DNA of 64,000 bases, from NCBI GenBank assembly GCA_023213395.1, contig CM041465.1, forward strand, positions 162,509,741 to 162,573,740, given 5' to 3'. Position numbers and translations under genes: made by a program. Under the pieces are notes generated by a model, which was not told the origin of the DNA, did not search any database, and saw only the letters and a list, made by a program, of their open reading frames with translations. Shown here in pieces: positions 1 through 12,723 of this stretch (position 1 is its first letter; each line of letters begins with the position of its first letter). This DNA is from Cycas panzhihuaensis (lineage: Eukaryota > Plantae > Cycadophyta).

Positions 1-879
1 TTAAGAATTGATCAGAACTATACCATGAAACAATTCAAATTGATTGTCCTTGAACCAAGATTCTAACAGTTCAGAAAAAAATAAAATTTAGTACCTGTAG
101 CAAGAGTTATAGACAAAAACGTCTAAGTACCCCCCTTTTGAAAACAAAATAAAAATGCTACAACATTTTCGCCACCAACCTAAATTGAGTGATTCTTTTT
201 CCTGAGTGGAAAGGACTTCAAAATGTTTCTAATGGGCTTGGTTTAAGGTGATTTGGAGCTTTGTAGCTGTTGTAGTAGCCTCCACAAGTTAGATTAAAAT
301 TTTAAATTTTAGAGCAGCAATAGTACCCTCCACTAAAATAGCAATAACTTTTGAACTAGATCTCTAAATTGATTTTTTTTTTTGAGTAATGTATGCTTCA
401 AGCCACAACAATTCAAAAAAAGTTTGAGGTCATTTGGATACCTGTCACAGTTGTTATGGCCCTGATGTGGGTCACAATTAGAGTTTCTGGGGACTCCAAT
501 AACTCCTGTTACTAAAATAGTGATAACATTTTGCTTCAATATCTGATGAATTTGAAATCACTTTTAGAAGAAAGTAGATGTCAATACACACAAATTTCAA
601 AAACAAATTGAGGTCAATCGAACACGTATAGTGAAAGTTATGGTTCTTTGAGGCTATGGTAGTAGGATTTAGGCCATAAAAATAGTGAGGAACAACAAAC
701 TAAAATTAAATTCTCTGCAATTTTTACAATTTTGCTCCAAAATCTATGATATAACCACTCAAAATTTGCAATATAGGCTTGGTCAACCCAAATTTAAGAA
801 TATTTTTCCAAAATTTTTTTCATTTATACTTCTGAAAATGCAGATCCTCAATAGGCCAAAACAAAACTCTGATACCACT

Positions 880-1392
880 TGTGGTGATGCCCACCATTTA
901 TAAACAAAAGCTATAGCATTCACACTATAGATAATTTATAAAAATAGCATCTCATCATAAATAAGAATATATATATTCATAGTAATTTAGATATAATTGC
1001 AGGCCACATAATAATATCAAATTGTCCATAGTAAATAGTAAATACCAAATAAAATAATAGTAGCATCTTGCCCTCTTTGAGGTGAGGGTTTTCTTCCAAA
1101 ATGGCATACAATGCCCTAATGGCCCTAGGCCATTCTTCTAGATCCAAAATATCAAATTCTCCAAAGATGATTTACAAATGAACGAGACTCCTCTATTTAT
1201 AGCCTTATTTTCTCTCTCTAAACCCAACTTCTAATTTTCTCTCCTCAAAATACTAAATTCAACTAATTTAGGGATGCAGCGATTATCTCTGATAAAATAA
1301 CAACTTCATAATAAATATACATTAAATAATTCTTCCTTTATCTTCCTTAAAATCCAACTTCACCAACTTCTTCAAAATTTAGGAATGTAATA
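880..1392 (-). repeat. Shared central LTR of the tandem element
   Basis: Copy of 4128-4648. Minus strand reads TA(TG decayed)...CA. PPT GGAGGGAGAGC lies at 1393-1403 and PBS TGGTATCAGAGT at 866-877. Confidence 0.85.
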
Positions 1393-4127
1393 GCTCTCCC
1401 TCCTTGAAATACTCCACCCTCGAAGTATAGGCAATTGTGTGTAGAGCTTGTTTGGTCCAACTTTGGCTAGTGGTTCCAACCGTCACCTACTAAATCTTGT
1501 ATGTCATAAAAATTGAGTCCAGTCTTGTGACTTCTGTTGGAAATTGTTGATGGGTGACCTGAATTTGCAGATGCTTATTCCTGGGACCAGGTGCATGTTG
1601 TAACTTGTCCTGTATTGAAGTGATCCTAGGACTTTTGTGGTGCCTTTGATGGTTGGCCTTGATCTTGTTTTGGGTTTGCACATTTTGTCCTCAGATGCCA
1701 TGCCTCATAGAATGAGAGGTGATGAGAATACTGAGAATTTTTGTGCGGAAGGTTATGATGTAGTTTTAAGAGTCCAAAAAAAAATTGATTATAAGGGTTG
1801 TATATAGGTGACTGCAGAATGCAAGAAAGAGGGAGAGAAGTGGGGGTCCATGAGGTGATCAACAATAAATTTATACGTGTGGAAAACCTAGAGAAGCAAA
1901 CTTTATGCTGAGGAGTACTTGGAGTTTGAGAATTGATTCGAAAATGGGTTATGATTGGGATAGGTTTTGTTGGATAATTAAAATCCTAGGGAAATAAGAG
2001 GGATGCAAAATTAGTGATAGATGCTCTTTATGGGAAAGAGGTTTACGTAGAGGTTCAAAGATGAGGGATGGGTTGGATGGGGGTGTTAATGGAAGAAAAG
2101 AGTATATGTTATATTGAGGTCTAGAAGGTTAAGATAGACATGATGGGGTTTTATAGGAGGCTATGATCATACTAGGAAGTGAAACGTGATGAAGGTAGGA
2201 TGAAGGGTTTAGAACATGTTGCTGAGGAGATTTTGTAGGGGGCGGAGAAACATGTGAAAGGTGGGATGAGCTAAGTTTATGAAGAGGGACTAAAATTTAT
2301 GCTATGAAAACCTTTGAATTAAGAAGCTTAGGAGTTAGGACAGTTATAGAGTAATGGTGAGAGGATTTCTATACAACTATTGAGGATGGAAAAGAAAGAG
2401 GGTAGATAAACTACCAAAGGAAATGTGCATATGCAAAACAAGATCAAGTACCTTGTGGGATTCACTTAGTTGCCCAACTTCTTTTGCAGCCTACTTAGGC
2501 TCTTCCTGAGATCCATGTATCTTCATTAGACCCTTTTTTGATTGCTCGTCAACTCCGTTGTGTTGTTCCTACATAAGCTTTTCGTCATAATGCTTTGTTT
2601 CACCTAATACTTGGTTAAATTCTTCTACAAGATGCTCAGTCTTCCCCTGCTTCGTGTCTTCGATCTTGTTGTGTTGTTGCTCTTGAATTAATTCTCCTTG
2701 ATGCTCTTATGGTATTTCCTAGATCCCTTTATCAATGATCAGTTCTTCCTCCTTTACTGTCTCTTCGTCTAGTTGCTTTGATTCTTTGGCAAATTCCTTG
2801 TGATAAATTTCTTCCAGGTTTTCATTGATAACATTGTCTTGAACTGGGTTCATTTCTTCATCTTGATCCCATTGGATAGATGCTATCCTATAATCTCTTT
2901 TAAACCAATACCATTTATTGAAGATTTATTTTTTTTCAAACCGATCTTCATACCATCGATGAGCTTCCCCCCTCAAGTAGTATTGAATACTCGGTCTATA
3001 ATCTTAGAAATTTGTATCTGGAGTGAGTCCACAATATGTGTTGACATGTTAAAGCCATTCAATAGTTGTTATGCCTTCCCCTAGGGTGAATGGTTGAATA
3101 CTTTGAATTTTCCGTATTAAGCATGCCTTTTGTTGCAATTGCTACAGTAACTCCTTTAATTCTGCTGAAGATATTCCCTCTAACCAAATCTTCAATTTTT
3201 TTTTCCTTTTCAACAAGAAGTTGTAACTTCATGGATTAAAATCTACATCAAGCACTGATCAAAACTATACCATGCAACCATTCAAATTGATTGTCTTTGA
3301 ACCAAGATTCCAATGGTTGAGACGAAACTAAAATCCAGTACCTATAACTGGAGTTATGGATGAAAATGTCCAAATACCTCCTTTTGAAAACAAAACAAAA
3401 ATGATATAACTTTTCTCCACTAACCCAAATTGAGTGATTCTTTTACCTAACTAGAAAGGACTTCAAAACATTTTCAATGGGCTTGGTTTGAAGTGATTTG
3501 GAGCTTTGTAGTTTCCATAATAGCCCCCACAAGTTGGACAAAAAATATAAAATTTAGGGCAGCAACAATACCCTCTATTAAAATAGCAATAACTTGTGAA
3601 CTAGATCTCCAAATTGAAAAATTATTTTTTCTGACTAATCTATGTTTCAAGCCACACCAATTTAGAAAAAAAATTAAGATCATTTGGATATCTGTAGCAA
3701 TTGTAATGGTCCTAATGTGGGTCATAACTAGAGTTTATGGGGACTCTAGTAGTACCTATTACTAAAATACTAATAACCTTTTAGTCCAATATCTGATGGA
3801 TCTAAAACCACTTCTAGTAGAAAATAGATATTGAGACGCACATATTCAAAAAAACATTGAGGTCAATCGAACCCCTATAGTGAAAGTTATGGCCATTTGA
3901 ATTTATGGTAGTAGACTTTAGGCCCAAAAAATAGTGATGGATAGTAGGTTGAAATTAAATTCCCTGCAATTTTTGCAATTTCACTCTAAAATCTATAGCA
4001 TAACCACTCAAAATTTGCAAAATAGGCTTGGTCAACTTAAATTTATGGCTATTTTTTCAAAACTTTTTCATTTCTATTCTCAAAAATGTAGATCCTTGAT
4101 GGGCCAAAACGAAGCTTTAATACCACT

Positions 4128-4648
4128 TGTGGCAATGCCCACCATTTATAGACAAAAATACAACATTTATGCCATAGATAATTTATAAAAATAACATCTT
4201 ATCATAAATAACAATAGATATCCATAGTAATTCAAATATAGTAGCAGACCACATAATAATATTAGATTAATATCAAATTGGCCATAGTAAATAGTAAATA
4301 CTAGATAAAGTAACAACAGTATCTTGCCGAATTCGAGGCGATGGCTTCCTCCCAAAATGGCATACAATGTCCTAATGGCCCTAGGCCATTATTCTATATC
4401 CAAAATATCAAATTCTCCAAAGATGATTTACAATGAATGGGGCTCCTCTATTTGTAGCCTTATTTTCTCTCTCTAAACCCAACTTCTAATTCTCTCTTTT
4501 CAAAATACTAACTTCATCTAATTTAGGGATACAATAACTATCTCTCCTGAAAATATTGACTTCATAATAAATATACATTAAATAATTCTTCCTTTATCTT
4601 CCTCAAAAACTAACTTCACCAACTTCTTCAAAATTTAGGAACGTAACA
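4128..4648 (-). repeat. 5' LTR of the tandem element
   Basis: Minus strand reads TGTTACG...CCACA, followed by degenerate PBS TGGTATTAAAGC (4114-4125). Confidence 0.85.
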
Positions 4649-6660
4649 CAGCTACTAGGACATGTGGTGTGTCAAGAAGGGCTTTTGACAAACCTTGCTA
4701 GAGTAAAAGTGGTCCTAAATTTGCCTACACCTACCTCAATAGTAGAAGTTAAAGTTTTTTCGGGTCATATAAGATACTACCGAAAGTTTGTTAGTATAGA
4801 GATTACAACACCTTTGTAAAAGCTCTTGAAGAAAGGATGCGAATTTTGTTGGGATGAACAACACAAAACCACATTTCCTAAGCTGAAAGTGGCAATTGTG
4901 TTGGCTCCAGCTTTGCAGCATCCAGACTATGATAAGTCTTTCTGCGTTCACATGGATGCTTCTGCCAGGTAATTGGTTGTGTGCTAACTCAACCAAGCGA
5001 AGAATGAGAGGATCATTCAGTGTATTTTGCAAGTAGGAGATTGACTTATGTTGAAAGGAATTATTTAGTCACAAAGCGAGAAGGATTAGTCATGATATAT
5101 GGCTTATAAAAGTTTAAGCATTATCTCTTGGCTACTCCTTTTACTTTTTTTGTAGATCATCAAGCTCTTTTGTATCTAGTCAACAAACCATTTTGCAGGG
5201 ATAGACTAGTCGATGGATTGTTCTATTCCAAGAATTCCAATTCAATATTGTAGCTCAACCTGGTTGAACAACATGTTGGCCTAGATCATTTGTTGAGGAT
5301 CCCATCTAGGAAAGTAGCAATAGGTATATTTGACAATTTTCTTGATGCTAAATTGTTTAGAGTGGAAGTGGTCCCAAACTTCCTTTAAGACATTGCATCA
5401 TTTCTGAGTTTGGGATTTTTTTAAAGGATATGCTAAAGTCATGACAAAGAATGATTGTGGAAAAATCTAGTAGATATCAATTCATAGAGGGACAACTCTA
5501 TTATCTTAGAGCAGATACAATTATGTGGCATTATGTGTTGTCCCATGAGATCACTACGATGATTAGAGAATCCCATGAAGGCACCGAAGGCAGCCATGTG
5601 GGCCAAGAAGCCACATCTTAGAAAGTGTTAAAGTGTGCTAGATTGTAGTGGTTGACCTTGTTCCAAGATGTTGAGAGTTTTATGTCAAGAACTGTAATGT
5701 GTGCCAATGAATGGAGAATCCAACATGCAAAGATTTCATGCCACTCACTATGGTGGTGGCTTAGAAGCCATTTGAAAAGTGGGGATTAGATTTTGTTGGA
5801 ACTATTAGCCCTACGACACAGTGAACAGGAGCTCAATACACTTTGGTCACCATCAATTATATTACAAAATGGGTCGACGCTTGATCATTGCAAGATGACA
5901 CTGCATAAAGCAGAACTTGATGTTTGTATGGAGCAATGATCACTCAATTTGGATGTCCACTAGAGATTGTGAGTGATTGAGGAACACATTTTATAAATTG
6001 TATTATTAAGCAATGCACTATAGAATTTATGGTCGTGCATGGGAAAAGTACTCCCTACTATATTAGAGCAAACAGACTCGCTGAATCATCTAATAAAATT
6101 ATTTGTAGAGGACTAACCAAGATCTGTGATGTGGGGCATAGTGATTGGGTACAAAAGTTATACTCAATATTGTGGGCTTGTAGAACAACAGTGAAACAAG
6201 CCATAGGTCATACACCCTTTTAGTCGGTGTTTGGACTAGAGGCAGTTGTTCTAGTGGAATTTGTAGTGCCCAATTTGAGGATTGCAATCAAATGCCACAT
6301 GACGATATTAAGTCATTGAAAGCGAGATTATAGTAGTTATTGTGATTAGATGAATTCAGACTACTGAGCCAATGGGTTACAAAAGTTGAAAAGGATCAAC
6401 AAAAAACATGGCATGACATACATATTAAGAACAAAGACTTCAAGGTAGGTGATCTAATCTTTTATGATAGTAGATTGAAGACTCGGCCTAGAAAATTGAA
6501 AATTCACTGGCAAAGTCCTTTTATCATTGACAAAATTATGCACAATGCAGCAGTTTTCCTGGAGGAACTGGGAGGTAAGCCATTGGCAACACCAGTAAAT
6601 GGTAGTTGACTTTGATCTTACAAATTCAAGTAATATCGGGTTTTGAGAGAAATTCAATAG
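4649..6660 (+). pseudogene. Ty3/Gypsy (non-chromovirus, Athila/Tat-like) pol remnant: RT end, RNase H, integrase
   Basis: Fragmented translations LLGHVVCQEG, HMDAS, FASRRLTYVERNY, KFKHYLL..F..FVDHQAL, PFEKWGLDFVG and STPYY..ANRLAESSNK (ORF 6029-6223). Many stops and frameshifts. The 5' side is cut by the tandem element. Confidence 0.85.
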
Positions 6661-7139
6661 GATAATAACATGTTGATTGTTGATGTTCTAGTATTGGTTC
6701 TAGAAAAGAAGCTCAATAAGGGATGACATTTTGCAGCATAGTATGATAAATGAGAGTGTAGGTTGTACTCGGATATGGCACCTTGTATTGCAACAGTTGT
6801 AATATGATGATCAACACCACAGATCTTACTCGATGCCATAGGGTTGTTGATTAATTTGTGTTTCTATTCGTGAACAAGTAATGACATCTTAGGTCCTATT
6901 GAAGAGAGAGAGTCTTTTTGGCAGAATTAAAAGATAGTCATTATGAAAATTACATATCTAAGGGGCATTTAAAGAGGTGGAATTATGAATCCATCTCCAC
7001 TTCTTTTCCTCATGTTAGAGGGCATGACTCCAGCAAACCAATTTAGGTATTTGAAACCATCTGGTTTCTAGTCCCTTGTTACTGCTCAAGCTACTTGTAG
7101 TCACAGAAAAACTGGTTGCAGACATCTAGATTGGAGTAA

Positions 7140-8861
7140 ATAGTTCGATAGCCTAAGATTGATGGCAGACATAGTAGCCATTGTTGATGTTGATGCATTT
7201 GAGTTAGTCCCTCGACAGCTACCGTCTCCATTCACTATGAGTGAATGCTCTCATTTAGGCTTGAAACAGATCTAGGACCAGCTATCGAATGATCATGTGG
7301 TTTGCACTTTGTTTCTCCTTTGAGTTATTGGAGAAAATGTTATGAAATTATGATGAAAAAGAAAGAGGTTTTGTGCACAAGGAGGGCATACTGAAAATAG
7401 AGGCTTCTAGATTTGCTCAACCCTTTGGTTTGCCAACAGACAACGAATTGATTTCTTTGAAGATGAAGCAACATTTAGCATGTAAGATGCCACAGGCAGA
7501 ACTGGTGAGGAAATTTTGTGTGGATGATCCAAACAAATGTTATAATAATCATGGGGTTGTTATTAAGAAATTAAAAGACCTTGATTTGCGAATTGTGGCC
7601 AAATTGCTTACTGGGCATCTTATGGGTAGTGGAGATGCAACCCAAATCCATTTTCACATGGTTCAAATTGTGTCTCAATTACTGCAAGGTGTGGTGTATA
7701 GATGGGATATCTTTATGGAAGTTGCCATTATCCAGCAGATTATTGAAGCCGTTTATCTTAGAAAAGAGTCTTTTTATTGTTTGACACCTTTAATGGCCCC
7801 AACTGTGGATGAGTATATGCCACAACATTTGTCCCAAAAAATTATTTCTGACTCTAATTCTTAAGGATTGCAGTGGGTAGGCTATGGCCGTGAGGTCAAG
7901 TTGTCTAAAAATGTCTTGGCCACCTTTAATACCATTCATAAGGATTTGGCCGATAGATTTGTACCACGGTTCCTAACTAGCAATTGGGGTGGCAAATCAA
8001 GTCTAAGGTGGGGGCCAGTACACTGCAGAAACAGTTGCAAACAAGCTTGAGGGATAGTGCACAACCATCATCAGTCAATACCTTGTCTATCATCACGCAT
8101 TCTAGATCAAAACACAAATGTGCAGAAGATCCATATCAGCTCCAATCTGTAGTAGATATTGCTACTGGATTAATGCAATCCTTTTCTTCTATTCAGCTAC
8201 ACAGTGAACTAGTTCACTGTCTCAAGGAAGCTAAACATCTCAGAGACAATTTTCTGAAAGACTCACAATTCATGTCAGATCTGAAGTAAACTGTCCTAGA
8301 TTACTTACCATCCTAGTTTGAATCTAAAGAGATTGTTGCTCAGGTCAAACAACAGATTTTTAAAGTTCGGTTCAATGGTCCTCAACTTCCAGTAGCTGCA
8401 ACAAGTATCGATATCAAAGACTTATAGGCACAAGATACCATGCAAGATGAGTGCATCCAAGCTCTGGAGTTGCAACTGAACCAGAAAACAACAACACTGG
8501 AATTGATTTGCATGAAGCTAAAATATTATGAGCATCTGGCACTGGAGGCCAGTGCACTTCCAAGCTGGCACACTGAACTAAGCATTGGAGATGCTACTAG
8601 ACCTAATTCTCCTGAGGGAGAGGAGACTTGATTGAATTCTTCAGATAAAGTTCATTGGGACATAGCTATGGATTCGGTTGCAAAATTGGAACTCCACATG
8701 CTACATTGCAGAAGATGGTTGATGCAGTTTCTATGGTAGATGACACAGATCCTGTTAATAATACATGTAACAACACTTTGGATTCAGGTATTGCAGTTGT
8801 GGATCCTATTTCTATCCCTTTGGGAGAGGGCATGAGTAAGATGAAGTGCAATTTAGCATAA
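7140..8861 (+). pseudogene. Degenerate additional ORF downstream of Gypsy pol (ORF3/env position), function unknown
   Basis: Chain of same-strand ORF pieces (7373-7864, 7868-8050, 7984-8289, 8440-8631, 8655-8861) directly after integrase. One piece is coiled-coil-like (IQALELQLNQKTTTLELI). Confidence 0.5.
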
Positions 8862-10310
8862 TATTTCAATTGCCACTGGCGTTGGTGGGGAAGGAAAGCT
8901 ATACAGGCTATTTTATGTTTTGTTTTTTTAGTTTGCTAAAACTTTTTTGGTAATTTAGGTACTTTCACATTCTTTTGAGGATGTTGGAAAGATATTAGGC
9001 CTTAGTTTTGTAATTTTTGATTTAATGGATATCACAAATCTTGCTTAGTAACTATATGTGAACCGCAAATCCTGCATGCCTGCCACAGAATTAGGAATTA
9101 GTTAATCAGTTGGTTATGTAACTACTCAGATGGTACAGTTGTATATATGACGGTTTTTTGGATGGTATTGGGGTTCCTTTGGATGGCCAGGGAGACTAAG
9201 GCATGTAACCTTGTCATGGTAGCAATGGAAAGATCATGTTATTATTCTGTCATGAGCATAGGGTATGCTAGATTGTATATTGAACCATGGCTTATGGTCA
9301 TTCCCCAGAGAACCCAACATTGACTATCAAAATTACAAGAAAGAATATAATGAATTACAAGAGTAATATATCAAATAACCTAAATATTATAAGGACCAAA
9401 TCAATTTCTATGATTATATGCAATACAAATGTGGATGGCCTTTTTACATGTTCATTGATAAGAAAGCTTGTAAAGCAAAACATAAACAACAATACTTGTC
9501 AATGGTGAGGCATACCTGGGACACATATATGAAGTACTCAGACAAAATGCTACCCCTACAAGAGATATGTTCATTTGAAGAATACATGTCAAATATGGAT
9601 GTCTTCCCTCCAATTGATATGGAAGACTATGACAATGAGATTATGAAGAACCACACTGAACAAAAAAAAAAAAGAGAAATGCACAGTCAATTGGTGGGTC
9701 AACAGAACAACACAACACACTTGTGGCTAAAGATGACAAATGCCCATTACCACCTCTAGAATAGTACATACCAGTTGACAATCCATCAATTAAAAATTGT
9801 ACACCGATAGTTTCACTAATATCAGTAATAGTGACTTCACCTCCTAGTCATTCCAAACAAGTCCTAGAATCTAATATAGTGGCCAATATGTTGAATCCTT
9901 ACCTAATAGAAACACCACCAACAATAATTCTTCAAGAAGAAATATAACATACAAATAGTCAATAACTTTATGCAATCCAACGAATATCTACAATATAATA
10001 TAATAGTTGAATAGAAGATTCTACAGTGACAAGTCTCAATTAAATTGCCTTGGTTGTAGAACTTACGACAACTCTCAACTCATTGGATTACAATTTAAAG
10101 ACACAAAGCTAATGAATATGAGATTCTCTTACTTGCAAGAGGCAATTGTTGGCCATCATTTTTTAGTATGCTTTGAGGGTGAAGCATTTGGAGAGGGAAA
10201 GTATTGTTATGCACATAATTAGGATTATTATTCATTAATTATTATTATTTATTAAATGATATGCCGATAGGTCATACCACCTCATGAAAAGACACCAAAC
10301 ACTTATATAT

Positions 10311-10677
10311 TGTGGCGATGTTAATGTCACATGGTCATTTCATAAAATTAGAATTTGATAAAGTTACTTTTATGCTTGTAACTTTAGGATAAGGTGACTA
10401 TGCTTAAGTCACTTAAGTGAAATGACATAAAGTTCATTTCACTATAATTTTATGTAATCTCATCTGAATGTCATTGGGAGGGAAAACTCAAATTTCAAAC
10501 CCTAATGAGCATTCTCATTATATAAGCTGAAATTACATGGAGAGTAATTATTCTACACTTCTTCTCTTTGAGCTCAAACTATTAGTATTTTCTCTTGTTG
10601 AGTACATTGTGCTTGTCTCCACTATTTGCCATTGTGTAGTGTTAGTGCACTAGATCCCTAAATCCATTCCTTCAACA
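10311..10677 (+). repeat. Copia A 5' LTR
   Basis: Direct repeat of 17709-18053, followed by the PBS. Confidence 0.93.
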
Positions 10678-12723
10678 AGTGGTATTAGAGCCATTGGGAG
10701 AATCCTAGTGCTACACTCACTTGCAAGGAAATTGCAAGCTATTTTCTCATCTTCTTAACTATTCATGTGAAGTGAAGAGTTGAGATATTTTTTAATGTAT
10801 TTTTAAAGTTTTTTTTAGTAAACTTTTAGTACAAATTTGTATGTTCTTATACTGTTTTATTTGTGTAGATTAGAGGAAGAAGTGTGGCTGCCTAAAACAG
10901 CCTATTTGTAGGTCTAAAAGAGCATAGGAATTGCTCATCTTATAGAAGTTTTTAGCCTTCTTTTTGACCCTCAAATCTAGTATTTTTTGACCTATTTTTG
11001 GCCCAGTTTTGCAGTAAAAACTAGATTTACAGCTTACAGAAGAAGAAATTAGTGATTTTGACTGATTAGAAGCAGATTCTAAAGTCTGAAGTCAAATCGT
11101 ATAGATGATGTACGGAATTTCGTACAGTTATACACTCAAAAAATCAAAGTGCTCAGAATCATACGAAATTTCACCAGTAGATGCGTTTTAGTCTCCTGAG
11201 CACTTTTGTCTTTTGGAATGAGAGTAGATTTAGCCTAAAAGTGGGCCAAAATAGTGATTTTCAGTAGATTTGGAGAAAAAGCTAGTTTTGCTCGTTCTAA
11301 AAATTTTTTCGAGTTTGAACCTAAAAAAATTATATCTTCAAAATCTTCTCGGCATCACGATTCCATCGAGTCCTCTCTCCAACAATTTCGTCATGTATTT
11401 TGCAAGTTACGAGCAAAAAAATCAAATTTTTTGTCGTAGGCCCTCATACACTTCATGCTTTAAAAAGAGATTTTTTATGTACTTTTGTATTTGTGCCTTC
11501 TTTTTGCTATGACCCGCCTTCACTAAGGGGGTACTAGTTTATTTTGCCAAGTTTTCTCCTTATTTTCGAATATGTATGTATGTATGTACTTTTTTTAAGA
11601 CATTTATAGTTTTTTTGGTTTTTGGAGGCCTATTTTGGTCCTTTTGTAAAATGATTAAGGCACTTAAATCCTTTGTTAGCCATTCATCTAGATTGGAGCA
11701 ATATCTGATGATTTGGCTCATCATATATGTATGATTTTAATGATAGCATGTACTTGGAAACCTCATTGAGTGCCATTTGGGTACATAGAGTGCCACTTGG
11801 GCATTGGGTGGACATGTCATCATTACACTTGGACACGGTAGTGGCCCTTAAGTAGAGCATTTACATTCAATTTTCAGTTATTTTTACATGTCATTCGAGA
11901 ACAAGAGCACTTTTCTTAAAATCAACTCATCTCGACGACTTTATACTGCCAGTTCTTGACTTGTGCATATACTCACCTTGGTTGAAGTAGACCAAGGTTG
12001 GCCGAAGTCAGGGCCTTAAGGGAGGTGTGACATTCATACTAGGTCTTGTCATAATCGGTAGAGTGGTGGAGGGACATGTTAGCCATACCTACAGTCTCCA
12101 ATCAGGGATTATCCTGATAACCATCCGAGAAAACTGAAAACCCTTAATCAAGATAATTAATTTAGCCAGGCCAATATCTGTCATAACCGTGGGACACGCA
12201 TGTACTTCTCTTCAGAGAGTATATCGTTGCTCATTGGTGAACAGGGTGAGAATCGACAGTACCTGGGCTCCACATTTACTTGGATTTCATCACCAAGAAA
12301 TGGTGCAGGTATCGCGGGTGAAGGCCACTAATTACATATACTAGAAGCTCCCTAGGCATCGACACCTCACTTACTTCGGACACAAGTTAGAGGTTTGGGT
12401 TTGTTACACATCCTACATCACTTTGATTATTAATTGTGTGCGTCCACATGTTGGCTTTTATATAGGCCTTCTCACTTATCTTGATTAGATCACTTATACC
12501 AAATACTTATTTGTGATCTCTTTACTTCCACATTTTACATCAGACATTTCATCATTCCTCACATCAAGAAGATTTGCCACAAGTGTTAGTGGCTTTACAT
12601 CATCATTATTCCTTGCTGCATCAGGTAGACTTCTCACAAGTATTAGTGACTCCACCTTCTTCTACTTAGTGCATTTTCATACACATTTATATATATCACT
12701 CTTATTCATCTTTTCACACCACC

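Larger units (their letters stand above)
1..4648 (-). mobile_element. Tandem non-autonomous Gypsy-type LTR element (LTR-internal-LTR-internal...), running off the left edge
   Basis: 1-1392 repeats ~3250-4648. On the minus strand each LTR is followed by a Met-type PBS, and the inner LTR is preceded by a PPT. The ~2.7 kb internal region has no RT/IN motifs, only a CSNCNKRH-like relic near 3120-3150. Confidence 0.8.

Noticed and set aside
880-1392. Retrozyme (hammerhead-bearing LTR) interpretation of the non-autonomous tandem element
   Set aside because: No CUGANGA...GAAA core was found by eye on either strand of the LTRs.
333-4367. Short ORFs in the supplied track (e.g. 685-903 / 3934-4188), and similar pairs 46824-47012 / 54087-54284 and 25212-25442 / 30903-31157
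   Set aside because: They recur only because they lie in LTR or leader repeats. They show no protein motifs and are not genes.
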